Positions 40,475-50,182 of a stretch of DNA of 64,000 bases are shown here, piece by piece. The notes under the pieces were generated by a model that saw nothing but the letters and a program-made list of their open reading frames with translations, was not told the origin of the DNA and did not search any database. The DNA is from an uncultured Bacilli bacterium. GTDB taxonomy: Bacteria > Bacillota_I > Bacilli_A > RF39 > UBA660. The DNA is taken from NCBI GenBank assembly GCA_964018915.1, contig CAXHRJ010000002.1, positions 274,155 through 338,154 of the forward strand. The letters are read 5' to 3'. Every line of letters begins with the position of its first letter. Within the stretch, counting starts at the first letter, position 1. Position numbers and translations under genes: made by a program.

Positions 40475-41188
40475 ATGGATGAATATATAAGAGATAATAT
40501 TTTTAAAGAATATCAAAGTCGTTATCAAGATTTAGTAACATTAAATCAAAAAATAGAGGATATTAAGATAAATAGAAAACCTATTCTCATTGAATTCTTA
40601 GGATCGGCTAGAAGTGGCAAATCTACTTCAATCGAATTAATTTCAGATGTTTTAAGAAAGCATGGATTAAAAGTTTTTGTAGTAGATGAGGAAAAAGTAA
40701 AATTAACAAAAGTGATTAATGAAAGCCGAAGTAAAAAAATGCAAGTAGACAGTTTAGATTATACGAATCAAGTGATTGATGAGAAGGTTTTGCTGTTTGA
40801 TAGTTTTTATCAAAATGATGAGGATGTTATTATTTTTGACAGAGGTATTAATGACGAATTTATTTGGTTAGATACTTTTGGTGCTACGAATTCTAAAATA
40901 GAAGAATATGACAAAAAGTTACAGGATAGGAAAGTAGATATTTTGATTATTCAAACATGTGATGTAGAGGTAAGTTTAAAAAGAAAATATTTTAATTCAT
41001 TATCTATAATGCCCAATAAATGGACAAACTTTGAAACATTATCTAAGTATTTAGGTGGGTTAGAGAAGGTATCTAAATATTTTAATAATCATGCAAAAGT
41101 AATTCATTATATAGATAGTTCTAAAATAGATAAAGTAGAGGTTGCAATGGAGATTTGTAATCAAATAATAGATGATATAAATCAGTAA
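40475..41188 (+). CDS. P-loop NTPase, nucleoside/nucleotide kinase-like
   Basis: Walker A FLGSARSGKST and a DR motif (IFDRGINDE) reminiscent of the dNK/TMPK fold. Confidence 0.4.
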   Translation: MDEYIRDNIFKEYQSRYQDLVTLNQKIEDIKINRKPILIEFLGSARSGKSTSIELISDVLRKHGLKVFVVDEEKVKLTKVINESRSKKMQVDSLDYTNQVIDEKVLLFDSFYQNDEDVIIFDRGINDEFIWLDTFGATNSKIEEYDKKLQDRKVDILIIQTCDVEVSLKRKYFNSLSIMPNKWTNFETLSKYLGGLEKVSKYFNNHAKVIHYIDSSKIDKVEVAMEICNQIIDDINQ

Positions 41189-41213
41189 AATGAGGCTTAG
41201 AAAGAGGGATATT

Positions 41214-42281
41214 ATGGCAAATAAAAAGAAAAATACAGAAGAAGAAACAGTAAAAAATAAAAAAAATAATGTAAAAAAGAATGATTCAAAGAAAAATGAA
41301 GTAAAAAAAGAACCAGTAAAGAAAGATGAAAAAGTAGAAATTGAAAGCCCTATAAAAAGTGGAATGAGTGAAACAACTAGAGGTATGATTATTGGAATGA
41401 TTATTATGGGGCTTATTTCGATTATTATTATTTTATTAATTTTAGGAAAAAATGATAATGCTAATAAACCTAGTGGTTCTGGAAGTAATTCTTCAAATAT
41501 TACTGCCAGTGCAGATTATGCAAAATTATCAGCAGCAGATAAGAAAAAAGGTAGCGAGGAAATGCAAAAATTTTATCAATATTTTGATAAAGATAAGCCA
41601 ACGTTAATTGTGTTTGCAAGTACAAGTTGTGGATGGTGTGAGTTACAGAAACCAATTGTAGAAAGAATTGGAAAAATGTATGATTTAGATTATCTATTTA
41701 TGGATGCAACAAAATTAGAAGGTAGTGAAGTATATGATGTCATTTCTTATTTAGGGATTGAAGGAACTACACCTACTTCTCTTGTAGTACAAGATGGAAA
41801 AGTTTTAAGCTCATTAAATGGAATGCGAGAAGGTAAAGATTTTGTTGAATTTTTAGTAGATGGTGGAGTTTTATCAAAAGGTTCTACCTATAAAGATGAA
41901 GAAAACTTAATTGTTGTAACTTATGAAAAATTTGAAGAACTATTAAAAGGAAAAGATACAAGTGTTGTTTTATTTGATTTCTATGCAGTTTCAAGTTCTG
42001 TTTGTGGAGAAAGATGTTTAGATCAAAGAATTGTTATTAATGAAATTGCTAAAGAAAATAATATTCCAGTATACCATTTACCTTTAGCGAATACGACAGA
42101 TGATTTTATTGATAAATTAGGAGAATGGGGATATTCAACTGACGATTACAAAGAAAATAAATCTGTAGGAATTCCGTTATTAATGTTTGTACGTGATGGA
42201 AAATTAGTATGGTATCAAAATGGTAATATGACAGAAGATGATATTCGTACAGAAATGAAGAATCATAAAATAATTAAATAA
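41214..42281 (+). CDS. Membrane-anchored protein with two thioredoxin-fold domains (CGWC and CGERC)
   Basis: Lys-rich N-terminus, one TM helix, a Ser/Gly linker, then two Trx-like modules each with a CxxC-type motif and a cis-Pro TPT/IP motif. AGAAAGAGGGA RBS before ATG 41214. Confidence 0.6.
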   Translation: MANKKKNTEEETVKNKKNNVKKNDSKKNEVKKEPVKKDEKVEIESPIKSGMSETTRGMIIGMIIMGLISIIIILLILGKNDNANKPSGSGSNSSNITASADYAKLSAADKKKGSEEMQKFYQYFDKDKPTLIVFASTSCGWCELQKPIVERIGKMYDLDYLFMDATKLEGSEVYDVISYLGIEGTTPTSLVVQDGKVLSSLNGMREGKDFVEFLVDGGVLSKGSTYKDEENLIVVTYEKFEELLKGKDTSVVLFDFYAVSSSVCGERCLDQRIVINEIAKENNIPVYHLPLANTTDDFIDKLGEWGYSTDDYKENKSVGIPLLMFVRDGKLVWYQNGNMTEDDIRTEMKNHKIIK

Positions 42282-42302
42282 ATGATTTAGGAAGTGGTTT
42301 AT

Positions 42303-43166
42303 ATGAGTAAAGATAAGAAAAAAGAAAATCTTATTAAGAATAAAACTTTAATGGTTGGTCTTATTTCTGTTATGATTATTGTTTTAGTATCGTTATTAGG
42401 ATATGTGATTTTTACTAAGATATCTAAATACCAAGACGAGAAAAAAACAATGCAAGAATTTCGTGAAAAGATGGAAAGTAAAGAGTTATCCATTATTTAT
42501 TACATGCATACTGATTGTCATTTTTGTGAAATGGAAAAACCTATTTTAGAACAAATTGCTAAGGACTATGATTTTGAGTATTTAACAATTGATTCTAATA
42601 AATTGACAAAAAAAGAAAATAATGAAGTAAAAGATGCTTTAAAAATCGAAGGAAGAACGCCAACTATCGCAATTGTAAAAGATGGTGAAGTGCAGGCTAC
42701 TCATGTAGGATATCTTGAAGGTTATAAATTAGTAGAGTTTTTTGTGAAAGCTGAATTTTTAGATGAGGGTTCAACTTATAAACCTGAAGCCAATTTAACT
42801 TTTATAGAATTTTCTGAGTTTGAAGAATTAAAAGAAGAAGAAAAAACATCTGTTTTGGTGTTAGGCTCAGCAACTTGTGACTATTGTAAAGCTGTACGTC
42901 CTATTTTAAGTAATCTTAGCAAAGCTTATAATATTCCAATCTATTATTTAGGATTAAATTATATTGGAAGTTCTAATGGTGACAAGTTTGAAAGTTATTT
43001 GAAAGATATGGGATATGATGAAGAGACTTTTGTAAACTCTGGTAAGTATAGTACACCAGCAGTATTAGTTATTAAAAACGGAAAAATAGTTTCTCATATA
43101 GAAGGTTACCAAGATACAGCTGATTATATCAAATATTTTAAAGAGCAAAAAGTGATTGAAGAATAA
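42303..43166 (+). CDS. Membrane-anchored double thioredoxin-fold protein (CHFC and CDYC); paralog of 41214..42281
   Basis: Same architecture, with a conserved inter-domain linker (GSTYK.E.NL....EFEEL). GGAAGTGG RBS. Confidence 0.6.
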   Translation: MSKDKKKENLIKNKTLMVGLISVMIIVLVSLLGYVIFTKISKYQDEKKTMQEFREKMESKELSIIYYMHTDCHFCEMEKPILEQIAKDYDFEYLTIDSNKLTKKENNEVKDALKIEGRTPTIAIVKDGEVQATHVGYLEGYKLVEFFVKAEFLDEGSTYKPEANLTFIEFSEFEELKEEEKTSVLVLGSATCDYCKAVRPILSNLSKAYNIPIYYLGLNYIGSSNGDKFESYLKDMGYDEETFVNSGKYSTPAVLVIKNGKIVSHIEGYQDTADYIKYFKEQKVIEE

Positions 43167-43187
43167 AGGGAAAAGGGAGTGCTATAA

Positions 43188-44474
43188 ATGAAATGTGAGA
43201 GTTGTGGACATGTTAATAGTTCTTACTCTATTGTTTGCGAAAAATGTGGGACTCCTTTAAAAATAGAAGAAAATGAATTGCTACAAAAAAAGTATCATGA
43301 TAAAGGTAAGCATATTGATATAGAAGAAATAGAAGAGATACATGATGAACCTGATTTCAATAAAATAAGAAAACAGGTTAGAAGAATGATTGTATTCATA
43401 ATTGTCTTTGTTCTTGCTTACCTTCTTTATTTTTTAGCAATTTATCTATTAGATGAAGGATCAAAAGAGGTTTTAAATACTTATTCAGATTATATGGAGA
43501 ATTCTTCATTAGCGTTATTTTATTTTGGCGATGAAAGGGAATTAGATTCTCTTTGTGAAGACTATTCTAAAAATTATGGATTTGATTATTTAAATATTCA
43601 AACTAATAAAATTAGTAAAAAAAATAGAAAAAAAATTCAAAAAGAATTAAATGTTTACAATGTTACTGCGGCCTTAGTGATTGTAAAAAATGGTGTTCCT
43701 GTAGCCTCTTTTACACAGATAGATGAGGAAGAAAAGATATTGGAGTTTTTACAGATTAATGAAGTAATTCCCCAATATTTAGGGGATACAGAAGCAGAAT
43801 TAGCATCCTTTAAAAATGCTTTTGAATCTGAAAATCCAGTTTTATTATATTTCCCCACTAGCTATCATAACAATATAGAAAATAGTGAAGAGTCTATTAA
43901 GTCTATAGCAGAGCAGTACGATTTAGAGTATCATGAAGTAAAAGGATATTTACTAAGCAAAAGACAATTATTAAAAATAATGTCACAGTTAGGTTATACA
44001 GAAATACAGGAAGATTTGATTTTATATATTGTTGATGGAAAAGTAGAAAAAGCAGTAACGGATACAGAGAAAAAGTCTTATTTTAAATTATTGTCATCTT
44101 ATGGTATAATTGATACATCAAGTGCAGATTACTTGGTTCACATTTCTGAAGAGCAATTTTTCGAATTGATGAAAGATGAAAAATCAAAACATGTTATTTT
44201 GATTGGCTCTGATGATTGTAATTATTGTGATAGGGTAAAACCAGTTTTGGGACAAATTGCTAATCAAAAACAGATTGTTATCTACTATTTGAATGTTTCA
44301 AATAAGGGGGATGCAATTTCAGAAAAAGTAAAGGAAATGGGATTGGAGACTGGGATTACTAATACACCATTTATGATGATTGTAGAAAAAAATACAATAT
44401 TGGGACATATAGTTGGCCCAGCTAAAAAAGATTTATATTTAGAAACATTAACAGAGATGGGTGTAATACGATAG
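43188..44474 (+). CDS. Zinc-ribbon + TM + double thioredoxin-fold protein (first domain lacks CxxC, second CNYC); third paralog
   Basis: N-terminal CxxC-x11-CxxC (CESCGH...CEKCG), a TM helix, and two Trx-like modules with cis-Pro (NTPF). Confidence 0.55.
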   Translation: MKCESCGHVNSSYSIVCEKCGTPLKIEENELLQKKYHDKGKHIDIEEIEEIHDEPDFNKIRKQVRRMIVFIIVFVLAYLLYFLAIYLLDEGSKEVLNTYSDYMENSSLALFYFGDERELDSLCEDYSKNYGFDYLNIQTNKISKKNRKKIQKELNVYNVTAALVIVKNGVPVASFTQIDEEEKILEFLQINEVIPQYLGDTEAELASFKNAFESENPVLLYFPTSYHNNIENSEESIKSIAEQYDLEYHEVKGYLLSKRQLLKIMSQLGYTEIQEDLILYIVDGKVEKAVTDTEKKSYFKLLSSYGIIDTSSADYLVHISEEQFFELMKDEKSKHVILIGSDDCNYCDRVKPVLGQIANQKQIVIYYLNVSNKGDAISEKVKEMGLETGITNTPFMMIVEKNTILGHIVGPAKKDLYLETLTEMGVIR

Positions 44475-44484
44475 GAGGTATATC

Positions 44485-44934
44485 ATGAATGATAGTGTTT
44501 ATGACAAGATAATGGAACACACAAAAAAATATCCAGGTACAGTAGCTTGGAGAAAAAAAGCACATGCAAAGGTAATAGAGAAGCATTTAAATGAAGGAGA
44601 AGTAGTATTGTATGCTTTTTGTTGTCAAAAAGGATTTTCTTCTTTAGAAATGTTTAATACTTATGCTGTAGTTATTACCAATAAAAGAATTTTAATGGCA
44701 CAGAAACGTGTTCTATTCGGTTATTTATTGTTATCTATTACACCAGATATGTTTAATGATTTAACAATTAAGACTGGGATTATATGGGGAAAAGCATGCA
44801 TAGATACAGTAAAAGAGGTTGTAGTTTTATCTAATTTATCAAAAAGCTCTGTTGATGCGATAGAGACGGCTATTACAGAATATATGATGTCAGAAAAAAA
44901 GAAGTATGTGAAAATCGCAAAGGAAAGTGTATAA
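44485..44934 (+). CDS. Hypothetical protein, possibly a bacterial PH-like domain
   Basis: AVVITNKRILMAQK segment resembles bPH domains. Weak call. Confidence 0.3.
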   Translation: MNDSVYDKIMEHTKKYPGTVAWRKKAHAKVIEKHLNEGEVVLYAFCCQKGFSSLEMFNTYAVVITNKRILMAQKRVLFGYLLLSITPDMFNDLTIKTGIIWGKACIDTVKEVVVLSNLSKSSVDAIETAITEYMMSEKKKYVKIAKESV

Positions 44935-44981
44935 CTTTTCTTTTTTTCAAAAAAAGGATATAATGAAATTAGTGGTGGTAT

Positions 44982-46244
44982 ATGAAGAAAAAATATAAAA
45001 TAAAATATAAATCAGTTATTATTTTTGCGTTTTTAATATTAACAATTTTTTGTTGTATTCGTTTTTATTCTAAGGGGTATACAATTCATTATAAATTGCA
45101 AGAGGGAAAATATGAAGTAACAGAAATTTATACAAAAAATGCTAAAAAGGAAATTGATAATTATTATATAGAAGTAAAGGATAATGATATTACTTACGGG
45201 TTTGAATTTTATCATAGATTTTCTAAAAAAAGAAAAGTTGTTAGTGATATTATCAGTTATCAAGGGGACTATTCGTGTGTTTTACCAATAATTGATGGAA
45301 AAGCGCAAACAGATTTATTATGTTATAAGAATTATCGTTATTATTTTTATAATTCTATTATTGGCGAAGATTCTGCGTTGGATAAGTTTGTAGAGGAAAT
45401 AGATTTTGATTTATATGATAGGCATGATTGGCAAGATCAAATTACTGATGGGAAAAAAGAAGAAAATATTATTTTATATTCTAAAAATTTAGTAGCTGAT
45501 CATTCTTTCATGGTTACTAATTTAAAGGGTGTTTATCAAGCAAAAGAAAATGTATTAGATGTTTCGATTTTTGCAAAGGATATTTATCAAAGAGATTTAA
45601 GTGCATTTGTTGGGAATTATTATGTGACTGCTGATTATTCTGAAAGTCAACAGTTTAGAACTTTTTACTTTGTTGATATGATAACTGGTAAAAAAGAGGA
45701 ATCCAAAGCACCAAATTATATTTCTTTTGATTCCTATATTCAAGGAATAGTAGATGATAAACTTTATATTTATGATCGGGATAATGAAAAGCAATATAGT
45801 ATTTCTCCTAAGAAGAAGGTAATAGAGGAAATCGGAAATAGTAAAAAGAAAATAAAATATTATAGTAATGGAGACTGGGATAAGATTACTACAACGAAAG
45901 CTAATAAAACGCTTTTGTTTGAAGATGTAACTATAGATTTAGATTTCCAAAAATATAGTGCAGTTTATCATATTGGAGGAGAAGTTTCAGGTTATTACTA
46001 TTTATTAGAAGAGTCAAAAGATGGGTACATTCTTTATAGGACGCCATCTCAAAATAAAAAGTTGATTACTTATATAACAACTGTTTCTGATAAAAAGGAT
46101 ATTTTCTTTTTAGATGATTATGTATATTTCCAAGAAGGCGGCAAGATAAAATATTATCATGATGAGACAGGAGTTCGCACCTTATTAGAATATAGTGAAT
46201 TAGAATTTAATAAAAACCTAATATTTGGGGTATGCAAAAAATAG
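44982..46244 (+). CDS. Hypothetical membrane-anchored Tyr/Lys-rich protein
   Basis: N-terminal TM helix. The beta-rich remainder has no motif I recognise. Confidence 0.4.
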   Translation: MKKKYKIKYKSVIIFAFLILTIFCCIRFYSKGYTIHYKLQEGKYEVTEIYTKNAKKEIDNYYIEVKDNDITYGFEFYHRFSKKRKVVSDIISYQGDYSCVLPIIDGKAQTDLLCYKNYRYYFYNSIIGEDSALDKFVEEIDFDLYDRHDWQDQITDGKKEENIILYSKNLVADHSFMVTNLKGVYQAKENVLDVSIFAKDIYQRDLSAFVGNYYVTADYSESQQFRTFYFVDMITGKKEESKAPNYISFDSYIQGIVDDKLYIYDRDNEKQYSISPKKKVIEEIGNSKKKIKYYSNGDWDKITTTKANKTLLFEDVTIDLDFQKYSAVYHIGGEVSGYYYLLEESKDGYILYRTPSQNKKLITYITTVSDKKDIFFLDDYVYFQEGGKIKYYHDETGVRTLLEYSELEFNKNLIFGVCKK

Positions 46245-46268
46245 AGGAATTTATTCCTCTTTTTTCTT
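46243..46268 (+). terminator. Rho-independent terminator
   Basis: AGAGGAAT-ttat-TCCTCT followed by TTTTTC. Confidence 0.5.
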
Positions 46269-46274
46269 AAAAAT

Positions 46275-46303
46275 TTGGTTAATTGCATAGGTTATGATAT
46301 AAT
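46275..46303 (+). promoter_or_regulatory. Putative trpS promoter: TTGGTT, 17 nt spacer, TATAAT
   Basis: Hexamers at canonical spacing. The leader is about 75 nt; no T-box specifier or AGGGTGG antiterminator core is seen. Confidence 0.4.
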
Positions 46304-46381
46304 GAATAAAGGTGATGTCTATGACAAAACGATGGTGCCTTTTATAGAAATAATTATTTTTTATAAAGGGAGGATGAAAAT

Positions 46382-47389
46382 ATGAAAACAATTATTACAG
46401 GAGATAGACCAACAGGAAGGATGCATTTAGGTCATTATTTTGGCTCTATTCAAAATAGAGTAAAAATGCAGTATGATTATGACACTTATATTTTGATAGC
46501 CGATGTTCAGGCGTTAACGGATAATTTTGATAATCCAGATAAAGTTAGAAAGAATGTTTATGAATTAGCGCTTGATTATTTAGCGTCAGGAATTGATCCA
46601 AAGCATACACATATTTATATTCAGTCTTATATTCCTGAAGTGGCAGAATTAACAGTTTATTATTCTAATTTAGTAACGGTATCTAGACTATATAGGAATC
46701 CCACAACAAAACATGAAGTAGGACAAAAGACAGAAAAGTTTGGTGAGAGTGGAGAGTCTATTACTTATGGGTTCTTAGGATACCCAGTTAGTCAAGCTGC
46801 TGATATTACAGCACTTGATGGGGATGTTGTTCCAGTAGGAGAAGATCAAGTTCCTCACATTGAACAAACTCGCGAAATTGTTAGAAAATTCAATTCTATT
46901 TATGGAGAAACATTAAAAGAGCCAGAGGCTTGCTTAAGTGAAAACCCTAGAATTAAAGGCTTAGATGGCAATGAAAAAATGGGAAAAAGTCTAGGAAATG
47001 CTATCTATTTAGCAGACGATGAAGAAACAATTACAAAAAAAGTAATGGGGGCAGTAACAGATCCAAGTAAGATTAAAAAGGATGATCCAGCCAATCCAGA
47101 AATCTGTATGGTTTATTATTACCATAAACTACTTAAAAATCCTAATTTAGAGACAGTATGTTCTGAATGTAAGTCAGGATGTAGAGGCTGTGTTGCTTGC
47201 AAAAAAGAACTTATTAAAGTAATGATGGAGTTTTTAAAACCACTTCAGGAGAGAAGAAAATATTATGAGGAACATCCTGAAGAAGTAGAACAAATCTTAA
47301 AAGAAGGAACAGAAGCAGCTCGTATTAGAGCAAAAGAAGTAATGAAGCGTGTACGTAAGAGTATGAAGCTTGACTATTTTGAAGAATAA
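46382..47389 (+). CDS. trpS: Tryptophan--tRNA ligase with a Cys-rich insertion (possible Fe-S site)
   Basis: HIGH (HLGHY) and KMSKS (KMGKS) motifs. Cluster C-x19-CxxC-x3-C-x2-C-x2-C at about nt 47103-47200. Confidence 0.9.
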   Translation: MKTIITGDRPTGRMHLGHYFGSIQNRVKMQYDYDTYILIADVQALTDNFDNPDKVRKNVYELALDYLASGIDPKHTHIYIQSYIPEVAELTVYYSNLVTVSRLYRNPTTKHEVGQKTEKFGESGESITYGFLGYPVSQAADITALDGDVVPVGEDQVPHIEQTREIVRKFNSIYGETLKEPEACLSENPRIKGLDGNEKMGKSLGNAIYLADDEETITKKVMGAVTDPSKIKKDDPANPEICMVYYYHKLLKNPNLETVCSECKSGCRGCVACKKELIKVMMEFLKPLQERRKYYEEHPEEVEQILKEGTEAARIRAKEVMKRVRKSMKLDYFEE

Positions 47390-47395
47390 TCATAG

Positions 47396-47425
47396 AAAAG
47401 TCAATAAATTTGTTGACTTTTTTAC
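47396..47425 (+). terminator. Rho-independent terminator
   Basis: AAAAGTCAA-(taaatttg)-TTGACTTTT followed by TTAC. Confidence 0.5.
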
Positions 47426-47427
47426 TT

Positions 47428-47520
47428 ATTTATAGTACCATTTTAAATGGTACATTTATTAATCCCACATTGAATAAGTTCTGGGAAAACTTATTTTATG
47501 TAAAGGAGAAAGGAAAATTG
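47428..47520 (+). promoter_or_regulatory. Structured leader upstream of rplM-rpsI (candidate L13-leader-type autoregulatory element)
   Basis: Palindrome GTACCATTT-T-AAATGGTAC and a second hairpin AATAAGTT-(ctgggaaa)-AACTTATT before the RBS. Confidence 0.3.
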
Positions 47521-47522
47521 TT

Positions 47523-47960
47523 ATGATGAAGAATTCATACATGCAAAAGAAAGAAGAGGTAGTTCGTAACTGGTATGTTATTGATGCTGAGGGAATTTCT
47601 CTTGGACGTTTAGCTGCTAAAGTTGCTAATGTACTTCGTGGGAAGCATAAACCAACTTATACTCCACATGTTGATTGCGGAGACTTCGTAGTTGTAGTAA
47701 ATGCTTCAAAAGTTAATCTAACAGGAAATAAATTAACAGATAAAATTTATTATGACCACAGTGGTTATACTGGAGGATTAAGAGAAAGAACTGCAAAAGA
47801 GATGATTGAAAAATATCCAGTTGAGATGGTAGAAAGAGCTGTTAAAGGTATGCTACCAAAAACAAGATTAGGACGTCAAATGTATAAAAAATTATTTGTT
47901 TACGAAGGTTCAGAACATCCACATATGGCTCAAAAGCCAGAAAAGATGGAAGTTAAATAG
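47523..47960 (+). CDS. rplM: 50S ribosomal protein L13
   Basis: [16 protein letters not shown]... conserved L13. Confidence 0.9.
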   Translation: MMKNSYMQKKEEVVRNWYVIDAEGISLGRLAAKVANVLRGKHKPTYTPHVDCGDFVVVVNASKVNLTGNKLTDKIYYDHSGYTGGLRERTAKEMIEKYPVEMVERAVKGMLPKTRLGRQMYKKLFVYEGSEHPHMAQKPEKMEVK

Positions 47961-47971
47961 GGAGGGTTTAC

Positions 47972-48382
47972 ATGGCAAAAATATTTACAGGTACAGGTAG
48001 AAGAAAATCTTCAGTAGCTCAAGTTAAAATGACCGCTGGAAGTGGAAAAATTACTGTTAATGGTAAAGATGTTCATGAGTTCATGCCTTATGAAACTTAC
48101 GTAATGGATTTAATGCAACCATTAGTTGCAACAAATAATGAAAAGACATTTGATATTGAAGTAAAAGTTACTGGTGGTGGAGCTAGTGGGCAAACTGGAG
48201 CAATCCGTTTAGGTATCACAAGAGCTTTACTAGAGTATGATGAAGCGAATGAAGGTAATGAAGATAGCTATAGAAAAATCTTAAAAAGAGCAGGATTTGT
48301 TACAAGAGATTCAAGAGCTAAAGAACGTAAAAAACCAGGTCTTAAAGCAGCACGTCGTGCACCACAATTCTCAAAGAGATAA
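47972..48382 (+). CDS. rpsI: 30S ribosomal protein S9
   Basis: [12 protein letters not shown]... and C-terminal [17 protein letters not shown]. Confidence 0.9.
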   Translation: MAKIFTGTGRRKSSVAQVKMTAGSGKITVNGKDVHEFMPYETYVMDLMQPLVATNNEKTFDIEVKVTGGGASGQTGAIRLGITRALLEYDEANEGNEDSYRKILKRAGFVTRDSRAKERKKPGLKAARRAPQFSKR

Positions 48383-48399
48383 AATCAATACAGTTCATA

Positions 48400-48432
48400 T
48401 ACCTTGGAAACTTTGTTTTCAAGGTTTTTTCT
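48400..48432 (+). terminator. Rho-independent terminator
   Basis: CCTTGGAAAC-(tttg)-TTTTCAAGG followed by TTTTTT. Confidence 0.55.
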
Positions 48433-48572
48433 TGTTTTAAAATATTCTTATCATGATTAGAAAATTGATAATAAGGAAAATTTTTATATGTGGTAATAAT
48501 TTTAGCAAAAAATGTAGAAAAAAAACGAAACATATGTTAAAATGTGATTAGATAGAATAATAAGATAGAGCC

Positions 48573-50171
48573 ATGGGGTGGAAGTATATGTTAAAATATG
48601 AACGATTAGGATTAGAGAATACGATAGAAAAGTTTTTATCAATTAAGCAGAAAGAGAATGCTAAAAATATTCGTAAAGCAGTAAGAAGAAAGAAGAGAAA
48701 AGATTTAAAGCTAGGAGAAAGGCTTGCTTCTATTTTTGACTTGCATTTTCGTAAATCTTTTGCTATTGATTTAGCTGATTTAATAAAATCCTTTAAAGAA
48801 TTCAATACTACTGCAACGATTTATACATTACCAGCCGATTTAAAAAAGGATTTAGAATGTATAGGAGCTCACACAACAAGTTCTACTTTTTCTGAATTAT
48901 CTACTGCGATTAATTCTGCTTTATCAGAATCGCATGCTTCCTCTAGGCTTTCTTTAGCACATAAGAATAATAGATTATTAAGGGCATTAAAAAAGTCTAA
49001 ATTAGAATCAAAATATATTACCTATTGGGAAGATGGTAAGGCAATTAATTCGTCATTAGAGGCAGGTATTATTCATTTAGGTAATAAAAAACTTTCTGCT
49101 TTAAGCTTAGCTGAAAGAAAAGGTCTAGTGCTATTTGATACTACTAATGCAGATACAATAGAGCCACCACTTTCTGATGAAGAGGCTTGTTTGACGGAAT
49201 TAGAAGATATGGTTAGAAAAGGAGAAATAGCAGAAAGTGAAATTACTAAGAATGTAAGTGAAATTCGAATCATATTTAGAAAGCGACATGTTTTAGATGA
49301 GTTAAATGCTAAAATTTGGAAGCTTATATGCAACCTTCAAAAAGAAAAAAGTAATAGTGGTGTAGATTTTTCGGCCGCTAATAAAATATTACAAACTATT
49401 TATGATAGAAATAGAAGAGAAATTTCTAGATGTGATAATTATCTAGGCAGATTCGATTTTGCTACTCTAGTGGAAAAAGTAGCATGGGTTAATAATAAAA
49501 GGGAACAAGAGGCATGGACTCGTGCTCATTTAGAAGCTTTAGATAAAGTTGGAGAAGTAACTCCTAGAAGTCCACAAGTAATAGAACAAATTAAAAGGAG
49601 TAATAGAATTACAATGGAGGCTAAGAAAGATTTGCGTCATATAGCAATTCAAGAGCTTCAATTGAATGGAGAATTGGTGGAAACACATCAACATGTAGGA
49701 AGTGTGGTTGTTCCAGATTCTGTTGATGAGGACACTCATGAATCCATGATTCGTAAGAAAATAGATGAAATGATAGCGATTGCTATCCAAACTCCAGAAG
49801 AAAGAGCAGTATCTTATTTGAGGGATATGGGAATTAATACAACGAAAACCGCTGTAGATGAGATGCCACAAGAATCTGCTGAAAGTTATCGTGAAATATT
49901 TAAGGATGAATCTTATAGCTTTGATATTGAAAGAATTAGAAAGATTAAAGAATTAATCGATGCACAGAGAAGAGATAAAGCAAATTCTATTTGCAAAGAA
50001 TATATTCGTTATCGTGCTGCTTTAGGTGATAAACGTTCTGCTTTAACTTTCTCAGAATATGCGAGAGCTCTATATTTACAAGAAAACATGGATATATCTA
50101 TGATTGATGAAAAAATCATGACAGATGATGTAGCACTAGTAGCTGATGAGGTTGGCGAAAGAGTTCGTTAA
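48573..50171 (+). CDS. Hypothetical protein (about 530 aa), no recognised domain
   Basis: Long ORF; start is either 48573 or 48588. Its C-terminal ~35 aa (CKEYIRYRAALGDKRSALTFSEYARALYLQEN) are paralogous to the small ORF 50315..50545. Confidence 0.5.
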   Translation: MGWKYMLKYERLGLENTIEKFLSIKQKENAKNIRKAVRRKKRKDLKLGERLASIFDLHFRKSFAIDLADLIKSFKEFNTTATIYTLPADLKKDLECIGAHTTSSTFSELSTAINSALSESHASSRLSLAHKNNRLLRALKKSKLESKYITYWEDGKAINSSLEAGIIHLGNKKLSALSLAERKGLVLFDTTNADTIEPPLSDEEACLTELEDMVRKGEIAESEITKNVSEIRIIFRKRHVLDELNAKIWKLICNLQKEKSNSGVDFSAANKILQTIYDRNRREISRCDNYLGRFDFATLVEKVAWVNNKREQEAWTRAHLEALDKVGEVTPRSPQVIEQIKRSNRITMEAKKDLRHIAIQELQLNGELVETHQHVGSVVVPDSVDEDTHESMIRKKIDEMIAIAIQTPEERAVSYLRDMGINTTKTAVDEMPQESAESYREIFKDESYSFDIERIRKIKELIDAQRRDKANSICKEYIRYRAALGDKRSALTFSEYARALYLQENMDISMIDEKIMTDDVALVADEVGERVR

Positions 50172-50182
50172 TAATGAAGATA

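Noticed and set aside
46304-46381. Possible T-box riboswitch upstream of trpS
   Set aside because: The leader is only about 75 nt and lacks a specifier loop and the conserved T-box (AGGGTGGNACCGCG) sequence, so it is too short for a T-box.
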